Below are positions 20,966-31,482 of a stretch of 64,000 nt of DNA, piece after piece. Origin of the DNA: Granulicella sp. (lineage in GTDB: Bacteria > Acidobacteriota > Terriglobia > Terriglobales > Acidobacteriaceae). A program made the position numbers and the translations under genes. Where the stretch lies: positions 29,733-93,732 of the forward strand of contig DAHWNL010000009.1 in the NCBI GenBank assembly GCA_027339965.1. Reading direction: 5' to 3'. The notes below the pieces were generated by a model that searched no databases, was not told the DNA's origin, and saw only the letters and a program-made list of their open reading frames with translations. Numbering within the stretch: position 1 is the first letter of the stretch; each line of letters starts with the position of its first letter.

Positions 20966-23337
20966 TGGCAGAGGTTACTTTTACCGTAGACGGCAAGAAG
21001 ATTACCGCTCCCGCTGGCACGCTGCTGCTGGAGGCTTGCAAGGCGCACGGGATCGAGATCCCCGCCTTCTGTTACTACCCCGGGCTCTCGCTCCAGGCCG
21101 CCTGCCGCATGTGCGTGGTGCGGATCGAGAAGGTGCCGAAGCTGCAGACGGCGTGTACGACTCCCGTGGCGGAGGGCATGGTGGTGATCACCGAAAGCCC
21201 GGAGATTGCCCAGGCCCGCAAGGCCACCCTGCAACTGCTGCTCGGCAACCACCCCCTGGACTGCCCGGTGTGCGACGCCGGTGGAGAGTGCGAACTGCAG
21301 GACATGACCTTCAAATATGGGGCGGCAGAGAGCTTCTATGCCGAGCCGAAGAACCATCGCGAGGAGCAAAAGTGGTCTCCAGTGGTTTACTTCGACCGCC
21401 CCCGCTGCATTCTCTGCTACCGCTGCGTACGCATGTGCGGCGAGGGGATGGACATCTTCGCTCTGGGCGTGCAGAATCGCGGCAGCTCGTCGGTCATCGC
21501 TCCCAACGTACCTCCGCAGCTCTCGGGAGTCTCCGCCCATGGGGAGGATCTGGCTCAGCTTGACTGCGAGCAGTGCGGCATGTGCATCGACGCCTGCCCG
21601 GTGGGAGCGCTGACCTCCGGCACCTATCGGTACAAGACTCGCCCCTGGGAGATGAACCACACCGCCACGGTGTGCACCCACTGTGGGGATGGATGCAAGA
21701 CGACCCTGGGCGTCCGCCCGGTTGCGGATGGGGCGGAGATTGTGCGCGGCGACAACCGGGACAAGTCCGGCATCAACGGCGACTTCCTGTGCAACAAAGG
21801 ACGTTACGCCTTCGACTTCGCCAACCATGTGGAGCGGCTGACCCAGCCGCTGGTAAGAAAGTCCGGGAAGCTGACCCCCGTCAGTTGGGAGGAGGCCCTG
21901 AGCTTCGCGGGAGCCCGGCTGCGCGACCTTCGCCAGGAACGCGGCCCTGATTCAATCGGTGTCATCGGCTCCAACCGCACCACGAACGAGGAAAATTACC
22001 TCCTGCAGAAGTTTGCCCGCACGGTCATTGGCACCAACAACATCGACCATCACCGCACTGCGGACTTCGTGACCTTGGCCAACGCCCTGGCAGGAACCGG
22101 CGCCATCGCCGGCAAGTCGCGTTTTGCCTCTCAGCGCTCGGTACAGACCGCACAAGCCATTTTGCTGGTAGGCAGCGACCCCACCCATCAGGCGCCGCTG
22201 ACGGCCTGGAACATTCGCACCAACGTCCGTCTCAACAAGGCTCGCCTGTACGTTGCCAACCATGAAGCAATCAAACTTCGTCGTCAGGCCAAGGCCTTCG
22301 CGCCCATAACGCCGTTTGGCTATGCAGCGTTCATCCAGAGCCTGGGCGAAGAGAACGACTTTGCCAAAGCCGTCCGCGCGGAAGACGATCTGGTCGTTCT
22401 GGTGGGTAATGAACTGCGCGGCGGCGAGCTGGCAAGCCTGATCGCCGCCCTGCCACAGGCCCGCTTCGCTCTGCTCTCGGACTACGTCAACTCTCGCGGC
22501 GCCGCCGATATGGGAGTGCTCCCCGATGTGCTCCCAGGCTATCAGCCACTTTCCGGCTCCGCCCTGGCTGCCGAGTATAAAGCCTCTGCTACTGCCGGTC
22601 TGGACCTGCTGGGCATGTTTGACGCCGCTTCCGCGGGCAAGCTCTCCGCGCTCTATGTGGTTGGCTCCAACCCCGTCCGGCGCTACGGGATCGATCCGGC
22701 CACGCTGGCCTCGACCTTTTTGATCGTGCAGGATCTCTTCCTCACAGAGACGGCCGCACTGGCCGACGTGGTCCTGCCGGCCGCCAACCTGTATGAGAAA
22801 GTCGGCACCGTGACCAATAGCTATGGGGATCTGCAACTGGTCTCCAAGGCTGCGGACAAGTCCGGCGTTCGCTCCGACTATGAGCTCATCGTGCGTCTGG
22901 CCGGCCACATGGGCCATGACCTTCACTCGCTGGTGCCCTTCGGCCACGGTTTGCGTGCCGATTTGGGTCAGACGCGCGGCGTCTTCTCCGGAGAAGCGGA
23001 CCGCCATGCAGTCTTCCTGACGGCCAACAAGCTCGAACCCAAGCTAAGCCCGTTCGATCCGTTCGCCATTCTGGACGAGATCCAGCGGCTGGTCCCAGGC
23101 TACGACAAACTGCTGCGCATGCAGTTGCTCAGCGGCAACGATCAACACATTCCGCCCGCTTCCTCCGGCCTGAAGCAGATTGCCATTACCCGCAAGGATC
23201 TGGTTCTGCCCAGTTCAGACACCCTTTTCACCTCCGGCTCCCTCACCCGCTATTCGCCGATGCTTGAAGACGTGCAACGCCATCAGGCAAACCGCAGTGC
23301 AGGCGCGAGCGCCGGCCAGATGACGTCTGCAGACTAA
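20965..23337 (+). CDS. nuoG: NADH-quinone oxidoreductase subunit G
   Basis: CYYP..S..AACRMC; NHPLDCPVCD.GGECELQD; RCILCYRCVR; CPVGAL; extra CTHCGDGC...LCNKG (N7-type) motif. ATG overlaps the nuoF stop. Confidence 0.97.
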   Translation: MAEVTFTVDGKKITAPAGTLLLEACKAHGIEIPAFCYYPGLSLQAACRMCVVRIEKVPKLQTACTTPVAEGMVVITESPEIAQARKATLQLLLGNHPLDCPVCDAGGECELQDMTFKYGAAESFYAEPKNHREEQKWSPVVYFDRPRCILCYRCVRMCGEGMDIFALGVQNRGSSSVIAPNVPPQLSGVSAHGEDLAQLDCEQCGMCIDACPVGALTSGTYRYKTRPWEMNHTATVCTHCGDGCKTTLGVRPVADGAEIVRGDNRDKSGINGDFLCNKGRYAFDFANHVERLTQPLVRKSGKLTPVSWEEALSFAGARLRDLRQERGPDSIGVIGSNRTTNEENYLLQKFARTVIGTNNIDHHRTADFVTLANALAGTGAIAGKSRFASQRSVQTAQAILLVGSDPTHQAPLTAWNIRTNVRLNKARLYVANHEAIKLRRQAKAFAPITPFGYAAFIQSLGEENDFAKAVRAEDDLVVLVGNELRGGELASLIAALPQARFALLSDYVNSRGAADMGVLPDVLPGYQPLSGSALAAEYKASATAGLDLLGMFDAASAGKLSALYVVGSNPVRRYGIDPATLASTFLIVQDLFLTETAALADVVLPAANLYEKVGTVTNSYGDLQLVSKAADKSGVRSDYELIVRLAGHMGHDLHSLVPFGHGLRADLGQTRGVFSGEADRHAVFLTANKLEPKLSPFDPFAILDEIQRLVPGYDKLLRMQLLSGNDQHIPPASSGLKQIAITRKDLVLPSSDTLFTSGSLTRYSPMLEDVQRHQANRSAGASAGQMTSAD

Positions 23338-23408
23338 CGCATCCGTCGTTGTTCACAAGAGCCTGCTCCCGGGATCTTGATCAAAGCCATCAGAGACCAC
23401 AGGACGTC

Positions 23409-24470
23409 ATGAGTCACCTCACGAACTTCGAAGTCTTTCTTCTCTTGAGCATCCTCAAGATCGCCGTGGTACTGGTGATCACGCTGATGGGAGTAGCCTA
23501 CACGGTGCTCCTGGAGCGCAAGTTCCTGGGTCACCTTCAGAACCGCTGGGGGCCCAGCCGCGTGGGCCCCTTCGGCCTTCTGCAGCCCCTGGTAGACGGT
23601 CTGAAGCTCTTTCTGAAGGAAGACATGATGCCGCTGGCGGTCGAGCGCCCACTCTTTATCCTGGCGCCCATCATCGCTCTGGGCTGCGCCCTGATCTCCA
23701 TCGCCGTGGTTCCCTTCGGCCGCGCCACCATGGTTCATGGGGTCGATCTGTTCCAGATTGCCAACGTCAACATAGGCCTCTTGGTGGTTCTTGGCGTCAC
23801 CAGCATCGGCGTGTACGGCATCACGCTTTCGGGATGGAGTTCCAACAACAAGTATTCGCTGTTTGGCTCGCTGCGTTCCACCGCGCAGGTGATCAGCTAT
23901 GAACTGGCCCTTGGACTCTCGCTGGTAGGCGTTGTCCTGCGGGCCGGCTCGCTGTCGCTGCGCGACATCGTCAACTCCCAGACTGCACACGGCGCTTTGT
24001 CCTGGAATATCTTTGGCGGCTTCCAGTTTGTTGCTTTCTTCATTTATCTCATGGCGGCCTACGCGGAGACCAACCGCTCTCCCTTTGACCTGCCGGAAGC
24101 GGAGAGTGAACTGGTGGCCGGCTATCACACGGAGTACTCTTCAATGAAGTTCGCCATGTTCTTCATGGCCGAGTACGCCAATATGATCACCGTCGCCTGT
24201 GTAGCCACGCTGTTGTTCTTCGGCGGCGCCTCCAGCCCTTTTGGCCATCTCTTTGACCATATCGCCTCAGGAGCCATCGTCTCCGGACTGATCTCCATCT
24301 TCTGGTTCGTGGCCAAGGTCTTTGCTTTTCTTCTGCTTTACATCTGGGTGCGCGGCACCCTTCCCCGCTTTCGTTATGACCAGCTAATGGCATTTGGCTG
24401 GAAGTTTCTTCTGCCCGTGGCCATGGTCAACATCCTGGCTACGGCGCTAGCCTTGGCGTACCACGGTTAA
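23409..24470 (+). CDS. nuoH: NADH-quinone oxidoreductase subunit H
   Basis: ERK...HLQNRWGPSRVGPFGLLQP..DGLKL; AETNRSPFDLPEAESELVAGYHTEYS; LPRFRYDQL. Confidence 0.97.
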   Translation: MSHLTNFEVFLLLSILKIAVVLVITLMGVAYTVLLERKFLGHLQNRWGPSRVGPFGLLQPLVDGLKLFLKEDMMPLAVERPLFILAPIIALGCALISIAVVPFGRATMVHGVDLFQIANVNIGLLVVLGVTSIGVYGITLSGWSSNNKYSLFGSLRSTAQVISYELALGLSLVGVVLRAGSLSLRDIVNSQTAHGALSWNIFGGFQFVAFFIYLMAAYAETNRSPFDLPEAESELVAGYHTEYSSMKFAMFFMAEYANMITVACVATLLFFGGASSPFGHLFDHIASGAIVSGLISIFWFVAKVFAFLLLYIWVRGTLPRFRYDQLMAFGWKFLLPVAMVNILATALALAYHG

Positions 24471-24566
24471 TCGGTTATGGAGATCACGGATTCCTCCTTG
24501 CGCTCCATGTGACAATCACGATACAGCAACCCGCGGCACACGAACTCTCTGGAATCGATAGCCCCG

Positions 24567-25073
24567 ATGGAACTCGTACTCTTCATCCTCTTCGGTCTAT
24601 TGGCGGTAGCAGGAGCCCTGAATCTGCTCTTCCAGCGCCATCCCATCTACTCCGCGCTCTCCCTGGTAGTCGTCATGATGTCGCTGGCGGTCCTCTACTG
24701 GTCTCTGGGTGCGGAGTTTCTTGCCGCAGCCCAGGTGATCGTCTACGCGGGCGCCATCATGGTTCTCTTCATCTTCGTCGTCATGCTGCTGAACGCAGGT
24801 GAGGAAGAGGAGACGCATGGCTCGAAGATCGCATACATCGCGGGCATCCCCGGCGCAGCCGCCATCTTCTGCCTGCTCAGCTTCGTCTTCCTCTCGGAGC
24901 GCAGTCGGCTTGGCTCAACAGGGCTGGGAGGATATCTCTCCGGCGCTGTCTCCAATATCGCCGAGCTATCCCACACTCTGTTCACCACGCTGCTGCTTCC
25001 CTTTGAAGTCACCTCCATTCTCATCCTCATCGCCATTCTGGGAGCGGTGGTGCTGGCGCGAAAGGAGCTCTAG
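24567..25073 (+). CDS. nuoJ: NADH-quinone oxidoreductase subunit J
   Basis: AEFLAAAQVIVYAGAIMVLFIFVVMLLN; LLPFEVTS. Confidence 0.96.
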   Translation: MELVLFILFGLLAVAGALNLLFQRHPIYSALSLVVVMMSLAVLYWSLGAEFLAAAQVIVYAGAIMVLFIFVVMLLNAGEEEETHGSKIAYIAGIPGAAAIFCLLSFVFLSERSRLGSTGLGGYLSGAVSNIAELSHTLFTTLLLPFEVTSILILIAILGAVVLARKEL

Positions 25074-25185
25074 GCATGACCATTCCTTGTGGCGGCTTTG
25101 CGGTGCTCACCACGGCCTGGATGCTTTTGCTCGGCTGCAGTGCGGCCAGCGTGCTGATTGTCAAAAGCTGGGGAGAAATTGAGTC

Positions 25186-25494
25186 ATGATCACCGTACCC
25201 ATCGCCTATTACCTTATCCTGGCGGCTCTTCTCTTCTGCATCGGCATCGCCGCCTTTCTCATCAAGCGCAACGTGATCACCATCTTCATGTCCATTGAGC
25301 TGATGCTCAACGCGGTGAATCTCACCTTTGTTGCCTTTGCCCACGTTTGGCGCCAGATCTCAGGCCAGATCTTCGTCTTCTTCGTGATGGTCGTGGCCGC
25401 TGCGGAAGCCGCAGTCGGACTGGCCATCATCATCGCGCTTTTCCGGGCGCGTCGCACCCTCAACGTCGACGAGGTGGACATGCTTAAGAACTGA
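25186..25494 (+). CDS. nuoK: NADH-quinone oxidoreductase subunit K
   Basis: [25 protein letters not shown]. Confidence 0.97.
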   Translation: MITVPIAYYLILAALLFCIGIAAFLIKRNVITIFMSIELMLNAVNLTFVAFAHVWRQISGQIFVFFVMVVAAAEAAVGLAIIIALFRARRTLNVDEVDMLKN

Positions 25495-25562
25495 AGCCCT
25501 TCCTTCTCCCATAGCCGCATCGGTCCCAAGTTTTACGCAGCAGAAGAACATCGAATGGAACA

Positions 25563-27539
25563 ATGAATCCTCAACTGCTCTGGCTCATTCCGATCCTTCC
25601 CTTCTCCGGCTTTCTGATCAACGGACTGGCTGGCCGCAATTTTCCACGCGCCGTGGTCTCCGCCATTGCGCTCACGGCCACGCTGCTGCCCGCACTGCTG
25701 GTTTCCAAGCTCTGGATGGTGATGACCGCCGCAGGCGGTCCTCCCGAGATCTTCCTTTCCAGCGTGCCCTGGATCGCCGTCTCCGGCTTCCATGTGAACT
25801 TTGCCTTCACGGTGGACCACCTTACCCTGGTGATGCTTGGCGTGGTCACCGGAGTCGGCTTCCTGATTCACGTTTATTCGGTCGGTTATATGGCGCACGA
25901 AGAGGGATACTGGCGCTTCTTCGCCTATCTCAACCTATTCATGTTCTTCATGCTGGTTCTGGTGCTGGCCTCCAGCTTCCTTCTGCTGTTTGTCGGCTGG
26001 GAGGGAGTTGGCCTGGCGAGCTACCTGCTCATCGGCTTTTACTTCAACAAGAACTCAGCCGCCAACGCCGGCAAGAAGGCCTTCATCGTCAACCGCATCG
26101 GCGACTTCGGCTTTCTGCTGGCCATGTTTCTTCTGGTGGCTCACTACGGAACGTTGAACTTCAGCGCCATCTTCGCCGCGATCGCAGCTTCACCGCTGAG
26201 CGGCGGCTTTCTCACCGCCGTTGCCCTGCTGCTGGTGCTGGGAGCCGCCGGCAAGTCCGCGCAGATTCCTCTCTACGTCTGGCTGCCGGACGCCATGGAA
26301 GGTCCCACCCCGGTCTCTGCCCTGATTCACGCGGCGACCATGGTGACCGCCGGCGTCTACATGATCGCCCGCTGCCATGTGCTGTTTGACCACTCGCCTC
26401 TCGCGCTGACGGTGGTCGCCCTGATTGGAGCGCTCACGGCCCTGTTTGCGGCCACCATGGGCATGGTGCAGCATGACATCAAGCGCGTGCTGGCCTATTC
26501 CACCGTCTCGCAGCTCGGCTACATGTTTCTGGCCTGCGGCGTCGGAGCCTATTCTGCAGGCATCTTCCATCTCATGACTCACGCCTTCTTCAAGGGCCTG
26601 CTGTTTCTCTCCGCCGGTTCAGTGATTCATGCGCTCTCCGGCGAACAGGATATGCGCTTCATGGGCGGCTTATGGAAAAAGATCCCCATCACGTTCTGGA
26701 CCATGACAGCGGCCACCTTCGCTATCTCCGGCGTGTGGCCTTTCTCGGGATTCTTCTCCAAGGACGAGATTCTCTTCCAGACCTTTCAGTCCACCAACCC
26801 GCTGGCCAAGCTGCTGTGGCTGGTGGGCCTGGTGACCGCTGGAATGACCTCCTTCTATATGTTCCGGCTCTGGTTCAAGACGTTCTTCGGCGAGTCCCGC
26901 TTCGAGCATTCCAGCTTTGCGCAAGCCGCGCACGGCGACAGCCATGCATCAGCCCATGGCAACGGCATTCACGAGTCTCCTCTGGTGATGACTCTGCCGC
27001 TGATGGTGCTGGGAGTGCTTTCGCTCGTCGGAGGCTGGGTGGGGATTCCAGCCGCTCTGGGCGGCAACGATGTGATCGGCCACTTCCTTGACCCGGTCTT
27101 CCGCAGTGCCGCGCCGGCGGCCGCGCAGGCTGTGACGGCTGCCTCGCACGGCCTGGAGCTCTCTCTGGCTGCCATCTCGCTGGCTACGGCCGCGCTGGGC
27201 ATCTTCGTGGCATGGCTGTTCTACCACCGCAAGCCCGGAACAGGAGCCGAGCTGGCCCGCAGGTTCCAGTCCATCTACTCGCTGGTCTACCACAAGTACT
27301 GGATCGACGAGATTTATGGGAGCTTGCTGGTCGCGCCGCTGCTAGCCTTTTCCCGGCTCATCCTTGCCGGTCTGGTGGACGGAGGCGTGATTCAGGGAAC
27401 GGGCGCCGGTCTGGCCGCTTCGGCACGAGGCAGCAGTTGGCTGGTTCGGCAGATGCAATCTGGAAAGATTCGTTCTTACGCCGGCTGGCTCGCCGCCGGA
27501 GCCGCCGCCGTCATCATCCTTGCGCTGTTTCTCCGGTAA
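25563..27539 (+). CDS. nuoL: NADH-quinone oxidoreductase subunit L
   Basis: GWEGVGLASYLLIGF; AFIVNRIGD; GKSAQIPLYVWLPDAMEGPTPVSALIHAATMV. Confidence 0.97.
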   Translation: MNPQLLWLIPILPFSGFLINGLAGRNFPRAVVSAIALTATLLPALLVSKLWMVMTAAGGPPEIFLSSVPWIAVSGFHVNFAFTVDHLTLVMLGVVTGVGFLIHVYSVGYMAHEEGYWRFFAYLNLFMFFMLVLVLASSFLLLFVGWEGVGLASYLLIGFYFNKNSAANAGKKAFIVNRIGDFGFLLAMFLLVAHYGTLNFSAIFAAIAASPLSGGFLTAVALLLVLGAAGKSAQIPLYVWLPDAMEGPTPVSALIHAATMVTAGVYMIARCHVLFDHSPLALTVVALIGALTALFAATMGMVQHDIKRVLAYSTVSQLGYMFLACGVGAYSAGIFHLMTHAFFKGLLFLSAGSVIHALSGEQDMRFMGGLWKKIPITFWTMTAATFAISGVWPFSGFFSKDEILFQTFQSTNPLAKLLWLVGLVTAGMTSFYMFRLWFKTFFGESRFEHSSFAQAAHGDSHASAHGNGIHESPLVMTLPLMVLGVLSLVGGWVGIPAALGGNDVIGHFLDPVFRSAAPAAAQAVTAASHGLELSLAAISLATAALGIFVAWLFYHRKPGTGAELARRFQSIYSLVYHKYWIDEIYGSLLVAPLLAFSRLILAGLVDGGVIQGTGAGLAASARGSSWLVRQMQSGKIRSYAGWLAAGAAAVIILALFLR

Positions 27540-27596
27540 CGCTCCTTCTCCTGCGGCCCGGCGCAGGCGATACATCACGAAACTCCACAGGATCCA

Positions 27597-29252
27597 ATGA
27601 ACTTCGACCCGATCATCCTGACACTCATCCTTGCCACTCCGCTGGCCGGAGCCATTCTGCTCGCCCTGATCCCTGAGCAGGAGCGCTCCGGCAAGGGCGG
27701 GGAGTCTATCGACAGCAAACGCCATGCCGCCGGAGCGCTGGTGGTTACCCTGCTCACGCTGCTGCTCACGCTGCATCTGCCAGCTCACTTCAACTACCAC
27801 GCCACTCCACACACCTACCAGTTCGAGCAGAACCTGCCCTGGATCAGCAACCCGGCCATTCGCTACCACCTGGGCGTGGACGGCCTGAGCATGTGGCTGA
27901 TCGTGCTGGCCGGCTTCCTTGCACCCATTGGCGCGCTCGCCTCCTGGAACGCGGTCCAAAGACGAACCCGGCTCTTCTATTCCCTCTTCCTGCTGCAGCA
28001 GGTGGCCATGCTGGGCATCTTCATGGCCCTCGACCTGTTCCTTTACTACGGCTTTTGGGAGCTGTCGCTGGTTCCAATGGCGCTGCTCATCGCCACATTC
28101 GGCCGTACCGAAAACCGTCGCCGGGCTGCCATCAAGTTCTTTCTCTATGCCTTCATCCCTTCGGCCATTCTTCTGGTGGCCATCCTGTGGCTCTACAACC
28201 TGACCGGAACCTTTGACCTGCCTGCACTGCAGACTCTGGCCAGCGCGCACCATATTGCCGCCTCACCCACGGCCCTCCTGCTCTGCTCCAGCGCCTTTCT
28301 GGTCGCCTTTGCGGTTAAGGTTCCCGTCTTCCCTCTGCATGGCTGGCTGCAAGACGCTGTCACGGAGGCTCCTACTGCCGCAGTCATGGTGCTGGCGGGT
28401 AAACTCGGCCTCTACTCCATCCTGCGCTTCAGCTTCGGCATCTTCGCTGATCAATCCCGCCATATGGCGCCGCTGCTGATCGCGCTGGGCGCAGCCGGCA
28501 TTGTCTACGGGTCGCTGATCGCCCTGATCCGAACTGACCTGAAGAAGCTGGCAGCCTTCTCCACGCTGGCGCACGTCTCCTTTGTGATTCTGGGCATCTT
28601 CACCTTCACCGTGCTGGGCATGGACGGGGGCATCTTCCAGATCCTCAACGAGAGCCTGATTGGAGCGGCCTTCTTTCTGCTTCTGGGGCTGCTCTACGAG
28701 CGTTACGGAACCTACGAGATGCGAGATTACGGCGGATTGGCGAGCCGCCATCCCTGGATGGCGACGATGTTCGTCATCACTTCCCTGGCCGCCGTGGGAC
28801 TGCCGATGCTCAATGGATTCGTGGGCGAGTTCCTCATCCTCTCTGGCACGATGCAATCGATCGTGGTCCACCACGTACTCTGGACCACCCTTGGCGCCAC
28901 CGGCGTCATCTTCGGCGCGGGGTACATGCTATGGATGATTCAACGCGTCTTCTATGGATCGCCCGGGGTTCGGACGCAAGAGGTTCAAGGTTGGGATCTG
29001 TGCGGCCGCGAGCATCTTGAGCTCTGGCCTTTCGCCGCTCTCTTCCTCATCATGGGCATCGCCTCTCCGCTGTGGATGCGGGCGATTGACACCTACGGTG
29101 CCCCCACCGCTATCGAAATTGCGCCATCCGGCGCTCCACCGAGCGCCTGGATCACCGAGCAGGTTCACTCCACACCAGCCGTGGCGGATAGCGCCCTGGC
29201 CGGGAACAGCCACATCCCTCATCTGACCGACGCCCGCCCGGAGGTCCGCTAA
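27597..29252 (+). CDS. nuoM: NADH-quinone oxidoreductase subunit M
   Basis: YHLGVDGLS; FWELSLVPM; VKVPVFPLHGWL; GLPMLNGFVGEFLIL. Confidence 0.96.
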   Translation: MNFDPIILTLILATPLAGAILLALIPEQERSGKGGESIDSKRHAAGALVVTLLTLLLTLHLPAHFNYHATPHTYQFEQNLPWISNPAIRYHLGVDGLSMWLIVLAGFLAPIGALASWNAVQRRTRLFYSLFLLQQVAMLGIFMALDLFLYYGFWELSLVPMALLIATFGRTENRRRAAIKFFLYAFIPSAILLVAILWLYNLTGTFDLPALQTLASAHHIAASPTALLLCSSAFLVAFAVKVPVFPLHGWLQDAVTEAPTAAVMVLAGKLGLYSILRFSFGIFADQSRHMAPLLIALGAAGIVYGSLIALIRTDLKKLAAFSTLAHVSFVILGIFTFTVLGMDGGIFQILNESLIGAAFFLLLGLLYERYGTYEMRDYGGLASRHPWMATMFVITSLAAVGLPMLNGFVGEFLILSGTMQSIVVHHVLWTTLGATGVIFGAGYMLWMIQRVFYGSPGVRTQEVQGWDLCGREHLELWPFAALFLIMGIASPLWMRAIDTYGAPTAIEIAPSGAPPSAWITEQVHSTPAVADSALAGNSHIPHLTDARPEVR

Positions 29253-30739
29253 TGTCCACCAACCTCCTCGCCCTTCTGCCTGAGCTGATCCTTACCCTCA
29301 CGGCCATCCTGGTGATGCTGCTGGAGCCCTTGCTGGCTGCGGGTGCCTCGCGCAAGCATCTAGGCTGGCTCGCCATACTGGCGTCGCTTGGCTCTGGAGT
29401 TGCCGCACTTTACCAACTTCGCGTCGTCCATGCCCTGGGAACCCTTACCGGCTTCTATGGAACCATTCAGGTGGATGCATTCTCCATCTTCTTCCACCTG
29501 CTCATCGCATGCATCGTTGTCACCACGCTGCTGGCCTCGCTGGATTACTTCCCGCCAGATCAGATCAGTCATGCAGGCGAGTATTTTGCCCTGGTTCTGT
29601 TCGGAGCCACGGGCATGATGTTCATGACCAGTTCCGTGGAACTGCTCATGGTCTTCATCGGGCTGGAGATCTCCTCGATCTCCACCTACATCTTGGCGGG
29701 CTTCCGCAAGGGCCGCGCCACAGCCTCCGAGTCGGCCATCAAGTACTTCCTCCTGGGCAGCTTTGCGACAGCTTTCTTCCTGTACGGCATCGCTCTCTGC
29801 TTCGGCGCTACCGGATCGACGACGATCGCCGGGATTGGCGCGGGCCTGGCCGCCACCAAGACGCCGCTCTTCGGCTGGCTTGCGGTCGGCATGGTGCTGA
29901 TCGGCCTGGGCTTCAAAGTGTCCGCAGCGCCCTTTCACGTCTGGACACCGGACGTCTACCAGGGAGCACCAGCTCCGGTAGTTGGTCTGATGTCCACAGC
30001 GCCCAAAGCTGCGGCCTTTGCCGTACTTCTGCGTTTTCTGTTTGAGGCCGCGCCAACAGATCGGCATCACTGGGCGCCTCTGATCGCCATCATGGCCGTC
30101 GCGTCGATGACCATCGGGAACCTGGGCGCTCTGTTGCAATCCGACGCCAAGCGCCTGCTGGCCTACTCTTCGATCGCCCACGCCGGCTATCTGCTGGTGG
30201 CTTTCACGGCTCCGGAGCCTCTGGCAGTCTCCACAGCCTGCTTCTACACCGCTGCCTATGCGGCCATGAACGTCGGGGCCTTCGTGGTGCTGACCCAACT
30301 CTCTGGATTCAGCGAGCGGCTGCGCACCGTCGACGACCTTACCGGCCTGGCTCTGCGCCGGCCGGCGCTTGCGGCGTTCCTGGCCTTTTTCCTGCTTTCC
30401 CTGATTGGAATTCCCTTCACCGGCGGTTTCTTCGGCAAGTTTTACGTCTTCTCCGCCGCCGTACACAGCGGATACACTTGGCTGGCCATGGTCGGTCTAG
30501 CCAACTCCGGGCTGGCCTGCTTCTACTACCTGCGTCTGCTGACCGCTCTATATGCCAGACCCACCACGGACACCATCGGCGATGCTCCTACACCGCATTG
30601 CCTCTCCATCCCGGCGGGCCTGGCCTTGATCGCCACAGCCGCAGCCACACTCTTGCTGGGCATCCTGCCCAATCGCATCTTAAGCCTGACGCAACGAGCT
30701 GCTCCATCAACTGTGGCCAAATGCATCATGCAAAAATAG
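29252..30739 (+). CDS. nuoN: NADH-quinone oxidoreductase subunit N
   Basis: ESAIKYFLLGS; FKVSAAPFHVWTPDVYQGAP; KRLLAYSSIAHAGY; SLIGIPFTGGFFGK. Confidence 0.96.
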   Translation: MSTNLLALLPELILTLTAILVMLLEPLLAAGASRKHLGWLAILASLGSGVAALYQLRVVHALGTLTGFYGTIQVDAFSIFFHLLIACIVVTTLLASLDYFPPDQISHAGEYFALVLFGATGMMFMTSSVELLMVFIGLEISSISTYILAGFRKGRATASESAIKYFLLGSFATAFFLYGIALCFGATGSTTIAGIGAGLAATKTPLFGWLAVGMVLIGLGFKVSAAPFHVWTPDVYQGAPAPVVGLMSTAPKAAAFAVLLRFLFEAAPTDRHHWAPLIAIMAVASMTIGNLGALLQSDAKRLLAYSSIAHAGYLLVAFTAPEPLAVSTACFYTAAYAAMNVGAFVVLTQLSGFSERLRTVDDLTGLALRRPALAAFLAFFLLSLIGIPFTGGFFGKFYVFSAAVHSGYTWLAMVGLANSGLACFYYLRLLTALYARPTTDTIGDAPTPHCLSIPAGLALIATAAATLLLGILPNRILSLTQRAAPSTVAKCIMQK

Positions 30740-31482
30740 AATTTTCCAGTTCAGGCAGAGCGGGACACCTCAACTTTGATGGGCGTCTTCTCCCATCAAG
30801 ACGTCTCAGCCGGCTCGCTTGAGGGGATCGATCCAAACAAGGCGATTTCTAACAGCCGTGCGGGAGTCTTACAGGTCCCGGCTGGCATCATGGCCTTCCC
30901 ATCATGTTCCTGGCAGGAGATTCATCGTGCCGCAACCCGGTCAAGCAGATAACGTACGATAGTTTTCGCACATTTGATTTCGGTTGCGGCTACGGAGGTT
31001 GGGACAAGCAAGAGGAGCGGGACCTCTGAGGGGAGAACGATGCAGCCAACCATGGAAGCGGGAGCGAGACCGGACGGAGAGGCCAGCGCAACCCTTGCTC
31101 CGCAGCCCGCCGCCGAAACGTTCTAGATGCGGAGCAGCAACAACCCGACGTTCACAAGCGAATAAGACTGCGGCATTGGAACCGAAGCTGGTCTTGGCCG
31201 CTTTCGATAGCCAAGACGCTGTCTGAACTCGATGATCCGCTGGATCGTTCACCGCAACCGGATCGCGAACGGTAAGAATCGGCCGCAGGAAGGTACGATA
31301 AAAGTTTGCGGCGAATACAAGACCAAAGGGCAGGCGAAGGCGGACGTAGTCCGAATGCCTGCCGAGATTAGCGAATTGGCTCTGAAGAATCCCTTCTTAA
31401 AGACAGCTCTCAGCGTGGCCGGCCGGCTGAGCGCGCGCGCTTCGTTTGCCCATGACGAGGCGTCTGTGTTGGAATAACCCTG

